Positions 35,833-45,697 of a DNA stretch of 64,000 bases are shown in pieces. The stretch comes from Anaerolineae bacterium (GTDB lineage: Bacteria; Chloroflexota; Anaerolineae; Aggregatilineales; Phototrophicaceae), in contig JALOOG010000024.1 in the NCBI GenBank assembly GCA_025454525.1, positions 2,004 through 66,003 on the forward strand, written 5' to 3'. Both the position numbers and the translations under genes were made by a program. A model generated the notes under the pieces. That model was not told the origin of the DNA and did not search any database. It was given only the letters and a program-made list of their open reading frames with translations. Numbering within the stretch: position 1 is the stretch's first letter; every line of letters begins with the position of its first letter.

Positions 35833-36960
35833 ATGGTGCGTAAATTGTTATACGCGATGTTGGTGTTTGTGCCGATCACCTTGGTGCTGGAATTTTTATT
35901 ACATGGATCGGTGAGTCCGGTGGCGATCTTTATCACGTCTGCGATCGCGATCATCCCCCTAGCCGATTTGATCGGGCATGGTACAGAAGAATTGGCGATC
36001 CATGTTGGGCCGCGTTTCGGCGGGTTGTTAAACGCTACGTTGGGCAATGCCGCGGAGCTGATCATCACGATTTTCGCTTTGCGTGAAGGCTTATTAGATC
36101 TGGTGCGAGCTTCGATTACCGGATCGATCCTCGGTAATTTGCTATTGGTGATGGGCCTAAGTTTGTTATTCGGTGGGCTGAAAAATGGCGTACAGGTGTT
36201 TGATCGACGCACGGCGGCGATGAATGCGACGCTGTGTATTTTGGCGGTCGTTGCCTTGTTGATCCCGTCGTTATTTGATGCGGCGATCGCCCAAGATCGT
36301 GCCGCCGAATTAGGCTTAAGCGAAGGCGTGGCGGTGATCTTGATCGTGTTATATGTATTGTATGTGATCTACGGGTTTACCAGTCGTGATAAATCGGTGG
36401 TGCGTGATCCCGCCGTGCCGGAAGCGATCCCCGATCCGGCGCATCCAGAAGAATCGCACAAGGCAAAATGGAGCATTCGCATGGCGTTGATCGTGTTGAG
36501 CCTCGCGACTTTGGGGATCGTGTTGATGAGTGAGGCCTTGGTCGGATCGGTGGAAGCGGTCACGGCAAACTTAGGCCTTACCGAGTTTTTCATCGGCATC
36601 ATCTTGATCCCGTTGGTCGGGAATGTGGCGGAGCATCTGGTGGCCGTCCAAGTGGCCTATAAGAACAAAATGGAATTAAGCATGGCGGTGTCGTTAGGGT
36701 CAAGTTTGCAGATCGCGTTATTTGTCGCGCCGGTGTTGGTGTTTATCAGCTTATTGGTGAATCCGGCCCAACCGCTGTTACTGGTGTTCAATAACTTTGA
36801 GTTGGTGGTGTTGGTGGGGGCATCGGCGTTAGCGGCGTTTATCGCGCAAGACGGCGAGAGCAATTGGTTAGAAGGTGCGATGCTGTTAGCGGTATATGTG
36901 ATCATCGCGTTGGCATTCTTCTACTTGCCCCAAGTAGGCGGGGCGATCCCGCATCCGTGA
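35833..36960 (+). CDS. Ca2+/H+ antiporter (CaCA family, ChaA/Cax-like)
   Basis: Two alpha-repeat signature motifs, GNAAELIITIFAL and GNVAEHLVAVQVAY. About 11 TM segments. Confidence 0.9.
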   Translation: MVRKLLYAMLVFVPITLVLEFLLHGSVSPVAIFITSAIAIIPLADLIGHGTEELAIHVGPRFGGLLNATLGNAAELIITIFALREGLLDLVRASITGSILGNLLLVMGLSLLFGGLKNGVQVFDRRTAAMNATLCILAVVALLIPSLFDAAIAQDRAAELGLSEGVAVILIVLYVLYVIYGFTSRDKSVVRDPAVPEAIPDPAHPEESHKAKWSIRMALIVLSLATLGIVLMSEALVGSVEAVTANLGLTEFFIGIILIPLVGNVAEHLVAVQVAYKNKMELSMAVSLGSSLQIALFVAPVLVFISLLVNPAQPLLLVFNNFELVVLVGASALAAFIAQDGESNWLEGAMLLAVYVIIALAFFYLPQVGGAIPHP

Positions 36961-36987
36961 GAGATCACCGTAACCTGAAAAGCAGTT

Positions 36988-37021
36988 CCCTCTCTCCAGA
37001 ACTTGGAGAGGGGTCTTTCTT
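36988..37021. terminator. Bidirectional stem-loop terminator between convergent genes
   Basis: Stem CCCTCTCTCCA/TGGAGAGGGG with a 5-nt loop, followed by a T-rich run on the plus strand. Confidence 0.6.
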
Positions 37022-37025
37022 AAGA

Positions 37026-37805
37026 TTACGGTGTTGGCGTTTTAACCTTTTCCGGTGTCCAACCGATCATATCGATCCGGTGGACGTAATGTAATAACGG
37101 CTCGATACGTGGCAACCAGATCCCATGTGCTTTCGTGACGGTGTTAATCTGGATTTCGGCCTCCGCCTGTTGCAGTGGCCATGGCGCATGATGAATTTCG
37201 GCCCGATAGAGGGTGTTATTCATGGACGCGGCATATAAACAATACCGTTCGGTTAACCAGTGATCTAACGTGCCAGGTTCACTCCGATATACTGGAGACA
37301 CCGGCCGATAATGGCTCTGAAACACGCCGTCTGATGATCGGCGATCGATCCGCTGATCCGCATACTGGACGCGATCTCCGTCCACCTCACACCGCATCTT
37401 TGCCATGAAATAGGGCAAGGAAAAGCCGATCCGCGCCCCTTCAACTGCTAAACGATGATTTGCGTCTAAGCTGAAAAACCAGACTCCCGGTTTTCCATCC
37501 CGTATCACATAGGTACGCACGTTTAACTCCACAAAACGGCGTAATGGGGGTAATGGGGGCAATGCCCGCGCCCGAAAATCGACAATCTCAAACGGCACGA
37601 CTCCCACCCATGCCTGACCGTCAAAGGTATCGACCGCTAATCCGCTAGGGAGCAGACGTGCGATGATGTGTGGAGGAAGCGGCCAGTGCGCGAATAACAA
37701 ATGACACCAGCTTTGAGCCATCACCCACGGGCGCATCGGCATCGGCCACGGACGATGCGCGATTTGCGACTTGATCTGCATGGGTGTTTCGATTACCGAC
37801 CCCAT
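37026..37805 (-). CDS. DUF2071 (YqjF-like) family protein
   Basis: Characteristic N-terminal RPWVMAQSWCHLLFAHWP motif. The start is uncertain (37817, 37805 or 37778). Confidence 0.65.
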   Translation of the reverse strand: MGSVIETPMQIKSQIAHRPWPMPMRPWVMAQSWCHLLFAHWPLPPHIIARLLPSGLAVDTFDGQAWVGVVPFEIVDFRARALPPLPPLRRFVELNVRTYVIRDGKPGVWFFSLDANHRLAVEGARIGFSLPYFMAKMRCEVDGDRVQYADQRIDRRSSDGVFQSHYRPVSPVYRSEPGTLDHWLTERYCLYAASMNNTLYRAEIHHAPWPLQQAEAEIQINTVTKAHGIWLPRIEPLLHYVHRIDMIGWTPEKVKTPTP

Positions 37806-39193
37806 CGTTTCGCCCATTGTTGTGAGATCCAGATCAACGCGATCGGTAGCGCGACACTGCCAAAGGAAGGTAATTCAAAGGCTGGCGCGGTTTGCCCTTC
37901 TACACGCATAAACGGGATCGGGACAAACACCAAGATAAAGATCAACAGGGTAAACCAGGCCACATATCGACGGGATCGATCTAGGGGCGTGATGTCGTCT
38001 AAAGGCACGGCATAGGTGCGCCCAAAAAACAACAGCAAGAGCAACAAGAGCAACAATTCGCCATTAGAGAGGATCACCACAAAACCAAATGCCAAAATAG
38101 TCGGTAAATATAACTGTTGCGTCCGTTGACCCAGTAACGAGTAGAGGACATGCCCCCCGTCTAATTGTCCCACTGGAATCAAGTTCAATCCGGTGACAAA
38201 TAAGCCCGTCCAACCAGCCCATGCCAATTGATTCACCATCACGTCAATTTGACCATTCGGCAAAAATTGTCCAAATACCGCAACTTTCGTTAAGGCATAG
38301 AGAAGCGAATTTCCCTCCATAAAGTAGGGGCCGGTGGGGATCGCGCTCACTTGTGAGGTGATGAGGCCAATGATCAAGATCGGCAAAGCAAAAACCAACC
38401 CGGCCAAAGGGCCCGCCGCACCGACTTCTAATAACACTTTGCGATTGCGGATCGGCTCTAAGAGTTGGATAAACGCGCCTAAAGTACCAAAGAATCCAAG
38501 CGGCAACGGGAGAAAATAGGGTAGCGTGACGGTCAAATTGTGTCGTCGTGCCGCGAAATAATGCCCTAACTCATGTGCGCCAAGGATCAATAAGATGCTC
38601 ACGGCATAAGGCAATCCGCGCCAAAGTTCGATCAAACCATTGGCTTGAATTTGTCGGGCGGTTTCAAGGCTTTGTGAAGCGATCTCGCTAAGGGCAAGTT
38701 CATAACCCACATACATCACACTGAAAAGCGTCAAGATAAACAACAATAAATTAAGGATACCAGTACGGGCGGCCGGTTTGATTCGCCCTTGCAGAATATA
38801 GATGCGTTGGGTAGATGCGCCATTCGGGAGCGTGTGGGCGCGAAATAAAGCGATCAGATTCAAGGGCGCGAGTTGTTGATCCAGTTGCTCATAAATGGTT
38901 TCGGTATCACCTTTAAACGCGCCACCGAATACAACCACCAAACGCCCATCCGGGTTTAGAATCATCGGCAATAATTCCGCTTCTTCCATCGGGTCGATCC
39001 CGTCTTTAAACAGGTCGTTTTGTTTGGGATTGGGCAGTATTTCGCGTTCGATCACAAAAACCGCTCCGATCCACTCACGGAGCTGAACAAGGCGCGGATC
39101 GGCGGTCAAGGCCGGGGCAGAGACGTTTTCCGTCACCGTTTCGACGGGGATCGGGATACGTTGAGAAGGACGAGAGGCGTTTTCGTGCAGCAT
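37793..39193 (-). CDS. Site-2 protease family (M50) membrane metalloprotease
   Basis: HExxH motif LGAHELGHYF inside a TM helix. Multiple TM segments. A poly-Leu stretch is present. Confidence 0.85.
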   Translation of the reverse strand: MLHENASRPSQRIPIPVETVTENVSAPALTADPRLVQLREWIGAVFVIEREILPNPKQNDLFKDGIDPMEEAELLPMILNPDGRLVVVFGGAFKGDTETIYEQLDQQLAPLNLIALFRAHTLPNGASTQRIYILQGRIKPAARTGILNLLLFILTLFSVMYVGYELALSEIASQSLETARQIQANGLIELWRGLPYAVSILLILGAHELGHYFAARRHNLTVTLPYFLPLPLGFFGTLGAFIQLLEPIRNRKVLLEVGAAGPLAGLVFALPILIIGLITSQVSAIPTGPYFMEGNSLLYALTKVAVFGQFLPNGQIDVMVNQLAWAGWTGLFVTGLNLIPVGQLDGGHVLYSLLGQRTQQLYLPTILAFGFVVILSNGELLLLLLLLLFFGRTYAVPLDDITPLDRSRRYVAWFTLLIFILVFVPIPFMRVEGQTAPAFELPSFGSVALPIALIWISQQWAKRWGR

Positions 39194-39248
39194 GAGGCTA
39201 CTGCTACCTTTCTTAAATGAATATCCGCATGAGTGTAACGCTTTTAGA

Positions 39249-40283
39249 TTAGGACGGTGTAATAATTTGCCAACTCGTCCCGTTGGGTAACAACTGTAAG
39301 ATCACGCCGCCACTGCTGGTTAAGAATAAACTTTCATTGGTGTTGGTGGCGCTGGTGGGAGCGCGTTGAATAAACCCATCATAGGCGGTCTCTGGGGCCG
39401 TGCCAACCCCTAAGCGGGTGCGAACGACATCACTCCCGCGCCAGACATAACCGAGTCGCCCTACTGGTTGGACTAACCCCGTCCCAGCCAAGCTCAACTC
39501 AAAGGACTCATCACGTTGAGGATGAATCGCCGGATCATATTGATTGGCAAAACTCACCCAAGCAGGCGCTTGTCCATCATTAAACAGCGCGTAGACCTGA
39601 TTCGTCTGTTCAATATAGATCATGCGGCCACGTTCAAACGATTGTTCAATGATATTAGAGGTTTGCGGATCCGTGGTTGGGCATTCTTCCGGCGCGGGTT
39701 GGAAGAACCACAAGATCGGGCATAAGATCGTGATCATCAAGGTCTCGGTAAGTTGCTGCTCCCCTTCTCCCACCACGATCATAAAGCTAAGGCTGACCCG
39801 TTCGCGTTGACCGACGGTGATCCGTTGATTGCCGTCTGGTGCGATGTTATAGACTAAGGTGCGCTGATTGTTTTGATCCAAGCGATAGATCACGGCTTGT
39901 TCAACATTGCGCGTTGACCAAAACAAAGTGACTTCACCGCCGGGAGAGACAGTCTCCACATCGGCGGCAAAGTATTCAATGCGCGGGGCGTTCGGATTAA
40001 GGACGCGGGTGAGGGTGGGTTGTACCCCCGCCGTAGGGTTGCTCTGTCCGAACAGCGGTGTCACGGACGGCCCTCCGGTGGGGGACGGGGTGACGCGGGT
40101 CGCTGTAGCGGTTGGGGTCGCGGCCAAGGGGCGACTGCCCGTTCCCTGACGCGGCGTAGGGGTAAGGGTTGGGCGCTCCGTGGGGATCACTGGGGCGACT
40201 GTGGCCGCGCAAGCCGTGTTGAACAGCGTCAACAGGGTGATGATCAACAGAAACAGGAGACGGTAACGAGTCATAGCATACAA
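39249..40283 (-). CDS. Secreted or lipoprotein-like hypothetical protein with a Pro/Thr-rich linker
   Basis: Signal peptide with a near-lipobox LFNTAC. A PT-rich region follows. The start is TTG 40283 or ATG 40274. Confidence 0.55.
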   Translation of the reverse strand: MYAMTRYRLLFLLIITLLTLFNTACAATVAPVIPTERPTLTPTPRQGTGSRPLAATPTATATRVTPSPTGGPSVTPLFGQSNPTAGVQPTLTRVLNPNAPRIEYFAADVETVSPGGEVTLFWSTRNVEQAVIYRLDQNNQRTLVYNIAPDGNQRITVGQRERVSLSFMIVVGEGEQQLTETLMITILCPILWFFQPAPEECPTTDPQTSNIIEQSFERGRMIYIEQTNQVYALFNDGQAPAWVSFANQYDPAIHPQRDESFELSLAGTGLVQPVGRLGYVWRGSDVVRTRLGVGTAPETAYDGFIQRAPTSATNTNESLFLTSSGGVILQLLPNGTSWQIITPS

Positions 40284-40731
40284 ACGCGATAAATTGGATT
40301 CCGGTCAAGATGAATAACCATAACAACCCGCTCCCATACGGGAAAGACGCATTCCAAAAGAGTGTGTTAAACACCTCTATTGTGAGGAAAATTCCCGAAA
40401 GGGCAAGCAACAATCCTAACACTGCGGGATATTCCGCCTCAAATTCCCGATGTAAGTAAAAAGCGCGGGCCATTTGCAGACCTAAGAACAGCGCTAACGC
40501 TAAACTTAACCACCGCCACATCGCTTCCCCGAAGACCACAAACGGTAATATGGCAAATACTACGGTGAAGAAACTCAATTGTAACGAAAAGCCCAATTCG
40601 GCTTTTTCGGCCAAGGCTAAGTGCGGTTGGCGGTGCTTGTGGACTAACCCTAACAACGCCATCATGCCAAACAAGCCTAACGCAATCGGGGCTAAAATCA
40701 AGTAAAAGTTTAACATCATCATCCCCTTCAA
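39997..40731 (-). CDS. Hypothetical integral membrane protein (about 5 TM); the C-terminal 95 aa overlap the next gene out of frame and may not be real
   Basis: Strongly hydrophobic N-terminal 150 aa. A low-complexity Pro/His/Arg tail overlaps ORF 39249-40283. Confidence 0.5.
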   Translation of the reverse strand: MKGMMMLNFYLILAPIALGLFGMMALLGLVHKHRQPHLALAEKAELGFSLQLSFFTVVFAILPFVVFGEAMWRWLSLALALFLGLQMARAFYLHREFEAEYPAVLGLLLALSGIFLTIEVFNTLFWNASFPYGSGLLWLFILTGIQFIAFVCYDSLPSPVSVDHHPVDAVQHGLRGHSRPSDPHGAPNPYPYAASGNGQSPLGRDPNRYSDPRHPVPHRRAVRDTAVRTEQPYGGGTTHPHPRP

Positions 40732-40852
40732 ACTCTCCTATATTCAGTATAAGTGGCTTAATAAGAGTGGATGCCCCTAAATTTTAGGGGATTGAATGGG
40801 GATGTGTTACTATCGACGGAAACTTTTACCAATTTGAGGAAGCTGATTTTTA

Positions 40853-41640
40853 TGGACGCAACCCCTACTTATGAGATGATCCTTGTGGAAACCCCCGCCG
40901 AAGGAGTCGGTTTGATCCGCTTAAACCGTCCGAAAGCGCTTAATGCGCTTAATGGACAGATCACCGCGGAGATTTTTACGGCAATGGAAGCCTTTGATCG
41001 CGATCCAACGATCGGGGCGATTGTGTTAACGGGCAGTGATAAGGCCTTTGCGGCCGGCGCAGACATCAAACAGATGGCCGATACTGACGCGGTGACGATG
41101 ATGAGCGGCAGCGATTTCACCGATTGGTCACGCATGTCTCGGATCGGCAAGCCGATCATCGCGGCAGTGTCTGGGTATGCGTTAGGAGGAGGATGCGAGA
41201 TCGCGATGCAATGTGATCTGATCATCGCGTCCGAAACCGCACAATTCGGTCAACCGGAGATCACACTCGGCATTTTACCTGGTGCAGGCGGTACACAGCG
41301 CCTTACGCGGGCCGTTGGCAAAGCGATCGCTATGGAGATGTGTTTAGCAGATCGGCGACTCACCGCGCAAGAAGCGTTACAATATGGATTGGTGAATCGG
41401 GTGGTGGCGGTGGATGCTTACTTGAATGAAGCGATCGCCTTAGCGCAAAAGATCGCGTCTATGTCACAGATCGCGGTGCGCTTGACCAAAGACGCGGTTA
41501 ACAAAGCGGATGAACTCTCGCTCACCGAAGGTCTACAATACGAGAAGAAAAATTTCTACTTATTGTTCGGCACACAAGATCGTCAAGAAGGCATGAGCGC
41601 GTTTATCGAAAAACGTAAAGCCAATTGGCAACACAAATAA
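40853..41640 (+). CDS. Enoyl-CoA hydratase/isomerase (crotonase family)
   Basis: Crotonase fold motifs LNRPKALNAL, FAAGADI, GGGCEIAMQCD. ATG at 40853 is preferred over the 40771 track start. Confidence 0.88.
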
Positions 41641-41653
41641 ACTTGATGACGCG

Positions 41654-41678
41654 GAGAGGCGATCTGGGATCGCCTCTC
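41654..41678. terminator. Stem-loop between convergent genes (weak terminator, no T-tract)
   Basis: GAGAGGCGATC-tgg-GATCGCCTCTC perfect 11-bp inverted repeat. Confidence 0.4.
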
Positions 41679-41688
41679 ACAGACTGGA

Positions 41689-42069
41689 TCAATAGACTTT
41701 GATCAATTCGACTTCAAAGATCAGAGTGGCGTTCGGTGGGATGACACCCGGCGCACCACGTTGACCATATCCCAATTCTGACGGGATATAAAACTCGTAT
41801 TTTGCGCCCTCTTTCATCAGTTGGACTCCTTCTTGCCAACCGCTGATCACCTGATTGAGGAAAAAAGAGATCGACTCGTTGCGATCATAGGAGCTGTCAA
41901 ACACTTTGCCATTGATCAATGATCCCTTGTAGTGGACTTCAACCTCATCATTTGCGCCTGGGTGTCTGCCCGTGCCTTCACGGATCACCCTGTATTGAAG
42001 GCCACTCTTGGTGGTTTTCACCCCGTCTTTTTTAGCGTTGTCCGCCAGAAATTGTTTATCTGTATTCAT
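41689..42069 (-). CDS. FKBP-type peptidyl-prolyl cis-trans isomerase
   Basis: FKBP signature GKVFDSSY...GWQEG...GYGQRGAPGVIPPNATLIFEVELI. Confidence 0.88.
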   Translation of the reverse strand: MNTDKQFLADNAKKDGVKTTKSGLQYRVIREGTGRHPGANDEVEVHYKGSLINGKVFDSSYDRNESISFFLNQVISGWQEGVQLMKEGAKYEFYIPSELGYGQRGAPGVIPPNATLIFEVELIKVY

Positions 42070-42482
42070 TCTGCCATGTCCTTTGTGTTAAGTGATGTGT
42101 CATTTTGCCATGTCGCTAAGGTTGCGATCAACTCCGAGTCCGTTTGCACAAATTGGATAATCCCATCGGGGGTGATCAAGCGTCGTTGATCATCCACCCC
42201 CAACTTAATCAGCGCATCGGTGGGCATCCCGATCACAAGGGCGCGTCCGGTGAGTTGGGGATGTCCGCGTTTACCAAAAGTGCGGACATGGGGCGCGAGT
42301 CCTGCGGGTAAACGAGTGCCATTGCGGAGATCGATCACACTATCGACTTGATGCGGGTGCTGATGCAATAAAAACAGCGACATGCGGACACAAGTATGAT
42401 AGTCTTTCCAATCCCATTGACCGGACGCGGTGTATCGGATCGCCATTTGTTGATCATTAAACCAACTGTATTCAACGCCCAT
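42066..42482 (-). CDS. Hypothetical protein
   Basis: ORF between acpS and the FKBP gene. The ATGA overlap with the FKBP gene suggests one operon. The start is uncertain because the track start overlaps acpS by 50 nt. Confidence 0.4.
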   Translation of the reverse strand: MGVEYSWFNDQQMAIRYTASGQWDWKDYHTCVRMSLFLLHQHPHQVDSVIDLRNGTRLPAGLAPHVRTFGKRGHPQLTGRALVIGMPTDALIKLGVDDQRRLITPDGIIQFVQTDSELIATLATWQNDTSLNTKDMAE

Positions 42483-42852
42483 CAGAGGATACTCCCGTAG
42501 CCACCGCCACCGCTGCGGCATAATGTTCGGTATGGGTCAGACTGATGTCCCATTCGGTGAGTTGCAGATCATCCGACAATTGACGGGCTGCACCATGCAG
42601 ATACAGCACCGGCCGCCGCCGCGAGTCCGCGAGAATTTCGATCTCTTTCCAACTCACATCCCCGATTCCGGTGCCAAGCGCCTTTGCGACCGCCTCTTTT
42701 GCTGCGATCCGCGCCGCGAGACGACGGGGTTTATCGGCGCATTCAAAGCGTTCAGCCGGGGTAAAAAAGCGATTAAGAAACCGTTCGCCCAAGCGATCGA
42801 TCCCGCTTTCAACACGGGCGATCTCGATCTGATCGATGCCACAACGTAACAT
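42472..42852 (-). CDS. acpS: Holo-[acyl-carrier-protein] synthase (4'-phosphopantetheinyl transferase AcpS)
   Basis: GIDQIEIARV...AAKEAVAKALGTG...EISLTHT motifs. Family size is about 125 aa. Confidence 0.88.
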   Translation of the reverse strand: MLRCGIDQIEIARVESGIDRLGERFLNRFFTPAERFECADKPRRLAARIAAKEAVAKALGTGIGDVSWKEIEILADSRRRPVLYLHGAARQLSDDLQLTEWDISLTHTEHYAAAVAVATGVSSDGR

Positions 42853-42925
42853 AAGGTGATCTCCTAAATGGAAAAATTAGATTATAATCGGCGCATGTCA
42901 AGCTGTAACGAGGGGACATTCGATC

Positions 42926-43966
42926 ATGTCACGAGTCCGCACCGTGTGTTTATCAATCGCCTTGCTGATGATGTTCAGCATCGGAGCGCTGTTATCGACT
43001 CCCGCCGCGCCCAGATCGGCCGCGCAGGGGTTTCCAACCAATACCGTCGGCCCGAATCCGACTGCAACCAATACGCCCTTTGTCGCTAATCCGTCGGCGA
43101 CTCCAACTCTATTTCCGACGAGTATTTTTCCAACAGCGACCTTAGCCAATTGCCTCACTCCGCTACCGTTCACCCGTGGCGATATTATCGCGTTGACGGG
43201 CGGGGTCAATATTCACAGCGCACCAAGCGCAAGTGCGCCGATTTTGGCGTATTTCCCAGAGCGGCGCGAATTTAGCGTGGTGGAAGGGCCGGTCTGCACG
43301 GGGGGCTTTAACTTTTGGCGGATCGAAGGGCATGGCGTAATCGGATGGGCGGCCGAAGGGCGTTTAACGCGCTATTGGATGCGTTTGATCACCGATAACG
43401 AGGCCCCGCAATGTTTAGCGCCGCTCCCGTTAACGGTGGGTGAGCGGTTTCGGGTGGTGACAGGGGTTTATGTGCGCGCTGAACCGAGTCTTGCGGCGTT
43501 ACCGGTGACTTTGGTGAACACAAATGAGACGGTGATCATCTTGGAAGGGCCACGCTGCGCGGATCGCTATAATTGGTGGCGCGTGCGAGTCGTGGTGGTC
43601 GGTGTGACTTATGAAGGATGGATGGCCGAAGCCGATCGCTTTGGAGACGAATTTATCGCACGGCCGACTCGTGATCCCGGGACGATTTGCTATTATCCGT
43701 TGCCGTTTTCGATCGGTGATCGGATCAATGTCACCTATGATGACAGCATCCCGAAACGCTTACGGAGTCAACCTGATACGTCTGCGACCATCTTATATGA
43801 GTTGCTGAAAGAGACTCCGATGATCATCATCGGCGGGCCGGTCTGTGCCGATACTTACAATTGGTGGCAAGTGCGCGTTTTGGCAAGCACCGAGATCATC
43901 GGGTGGATCGCGGAAGGAGGCCCCGGAAGTTACTGGTTAACCCGCGATCCCTCGCTCAATAATTAG
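42926..43966 (+). CDS. Secreted protein with a Pro/Thr-rich linker and three bacterial SH3-like (SH3b) repeats
   Basis: Signal peptide. Three repeats with the pattern CxxP..(G/D)..V...G.NxWRV...G..GW.AEG. Confidence 0.65.
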   Translation: MSRVRTVCLSIALLMMFSIGALLSTPAAPRSAAQGFPTNTVGPNPTATNTPFVANPSATPTLFPTSIFPTATLANCLTPLPFTRGDIIALTGGVNIHSAPSASAPILAYFPERREFSVVEGPVCTGGFNFWRIEGHGVIGWAAEGRLTRYWMRLITDNEAPQCLAPLPLTVGERFRVVTGVYVRAEPSLAALPVTLVNTNETVIILEGPRCADRYNWWRVRVVVVGVTYEGWMAEADRFGDEFIARPTRDPGTICYYPLPFSIGDRINVTYDDSIPKRLRSQPDTSATILYELLKETPMIIIGGPVCADTYNWWQVRVLASTEIIGWIAEGGPGSYWLTRDPSLNN

Positions 43967-44341
43967 ACATCATTCCGAGAGTCGATCCGTGTGATCGACT
44001 CTCAACACCCTGTAATCTTCCGAAAAAAAGTGTTAGATGAGAACCTGTGCGGATCTATTTACAGAGCCGCGTTTTTGACGTATGCTTTAAATGTAGTTCA
44101 TTCACAACTTTCAAAAACTTGTGAATGTTGGTTCTAAGAGTTCAGAGCAGTGGGCCAGATCAGGATGTAGAGACGTGGTGTAGCTGGGTGGACGCTGTAT
44201 TGTTAGACATAGGTGATGTGTGGATGAAATTTGGCCTACTGCTCTCCTCTGTTTTAAAGCGAGCAATCTGGCGCGATAACCGTCAGTGAGCGAATATATC
44301 CCCTCCTTTGCGACAGTGGCGGGATACCTTTTGGTATCCCG

Positions 44342-45697
44342 TCACGATTCTAGCGAACAAACCAACACTGTTAATTGATCCCATTGTTCCGGCGCACATT
44401 CGTCCATAGTGATAAACGGCTCTAGTTTGTAGTCTTGGATGATTTTTTCGGGAGTGTTGACCTCATCTATCCACAAAATGATCCGAGTGGTTTGAGGGGT
44501 GATAATATAAATGCGCTCATCGATCGTCTGTCTAAAACGGTGGTAGAGCGGGTAATCAAGACAACAACCACCCAATAAAGAGTCTGTAGGGGTTAAATGC
44601 TGTTGAAAAATTTGATAGACTGTGTTTAGACGATCTGATGGTCGTTGTAATTGAGCTACCCCTAGGGTTGATGCCCCGATCATGAACGCGATCAAACCCA
44701 AAAGCACCGAGGTGTGTAAATGAGCAAAACACATACCCGCAATTAAAGCGATCATCGGTAACAGATAAAAGTAATTACGTGGATAGAGCAGACGATCCGT
44801 AATCACCCACTGTGCGATCGATAATATCAGAGTGAGCAATGCTAAACACAATATCATCTGAGCCTTTTGGCGTTGTAATTGCCATAAACGTATGATCCCT
44901 ACGACAAATGCCAAGGCCAAACACAAACCAAATAGATTCGGTGTAAAAAATGTGAGCAAAAGATCACGCCCTAGTAAAACAAAGTCTTGATAACCGAAAA
45001 AAGTGGCATGAGCTTGTATACGGCCAACAGCAAAAGCGTAACTATAAGGGGTTAATCCCAATAGACTTCCGATAATCATCGGCCAATACACATTTGTAAA
45101 GTTATATCGATTGAGCCGATCGCGTAGTATCAACCATCCCAACATAACAGCGATCCAAAATGCCATTGAGATCAGAGTGATCATCAGCAAAAAACACAAC
45201 AGCATCAATGTATAACGATACCGGTGCGAAGGATTGGGTCGTTTCCATTCGACTTGATACAACAACATAAGGGCAAGTAACCCCGTGAGGGTATAACCAC
45301 GCCCTTCAGTAGCATATTGTTGGAAAAGCAGCGCACCACCTAAAAGCACGATAGACGCAAGTCCGGCCGAAAATCCACCTATACGCTGACCCATACGAAA
45401 GATCAAGGCCAAAGATAACAAAGCCGCTGCCCACGCGGGAAAGCGCAATCCGATTAAGTTATGGCCCCATACACCCTGACTCGCCCACGCTGATAACGAA
45501 TAAAGTAGATGATTGTTGGGAAATGAATAACCAAAAATCGCAATACTAGGATCGACGCTATAATTTAGCGAGGTAAAGGCTTCATCATATTCAATGGTGC
45601 GTGTGAGGGCGGGCATATAGACTGCTACCACCCCACACATCACCAATACTACGATGATCAAACGCGCAGCGTCTCCGCCAAGTCGTGTCATCATCAA
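44342..45697 (-). CDS. GT39/GT83-like (ArnT/PMT family) membrane glycosyltransferase
   Basis: At least 10 TM helices. An N-terminal periplasmic loop with a DE motif (YDEAFT), as in ArnT/PMT enzymes. Confidence 0.7.
   Translation of the reverse strand: MMMTRLGGDAARLIIVVLVMCGVVAVYMPALTRTIEYDEAFTSLNYSVDPSIAIFGYSFPNNHLLYSLSAWASQGVWGHNLIGLRFPAWAAALLSLALIFRMGQRIGGFSAGLASIVLLGGALLFQQYATEGRGYTLTGLLALMLLYQVEWKRPNPSHRYRYTLMLLCFLLMITLISMAFWIAVMLGWLILRDRLNRYNFTNVYWPMIIGSLLGLTPYSYAFAVGRIQAHATFFGYQDFVLLGRDLLLTFFTPNLFGLCLALAFVVGIIRLWQLQRQKAQMILCLALLTLILSIAQWVITDRLLYPRNYFYLLPMIALIAGMCFAHLHTSVLLGLIAFMIGASTLGVAQLQRPSDRLNTVYQIFQQHLTPTDSLLGGCCLDYPLYHRFRQTIDERIYIITPQTTRIILWIDEVNTPEKIIQDYKLEPFITMDECAPEQWDQLTVLVCSLES

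Noticed and set aside
40771-40852. N-terminal extension of 27 aa on the enoyl-CoA hydratase ORF
   Set aside because: The crotonase-family alignment begins at MDATPTYEMILVE (ATG 40853), which has an RBS. The upstream extension uses a non-ATG start and would add non-conserved sequence.
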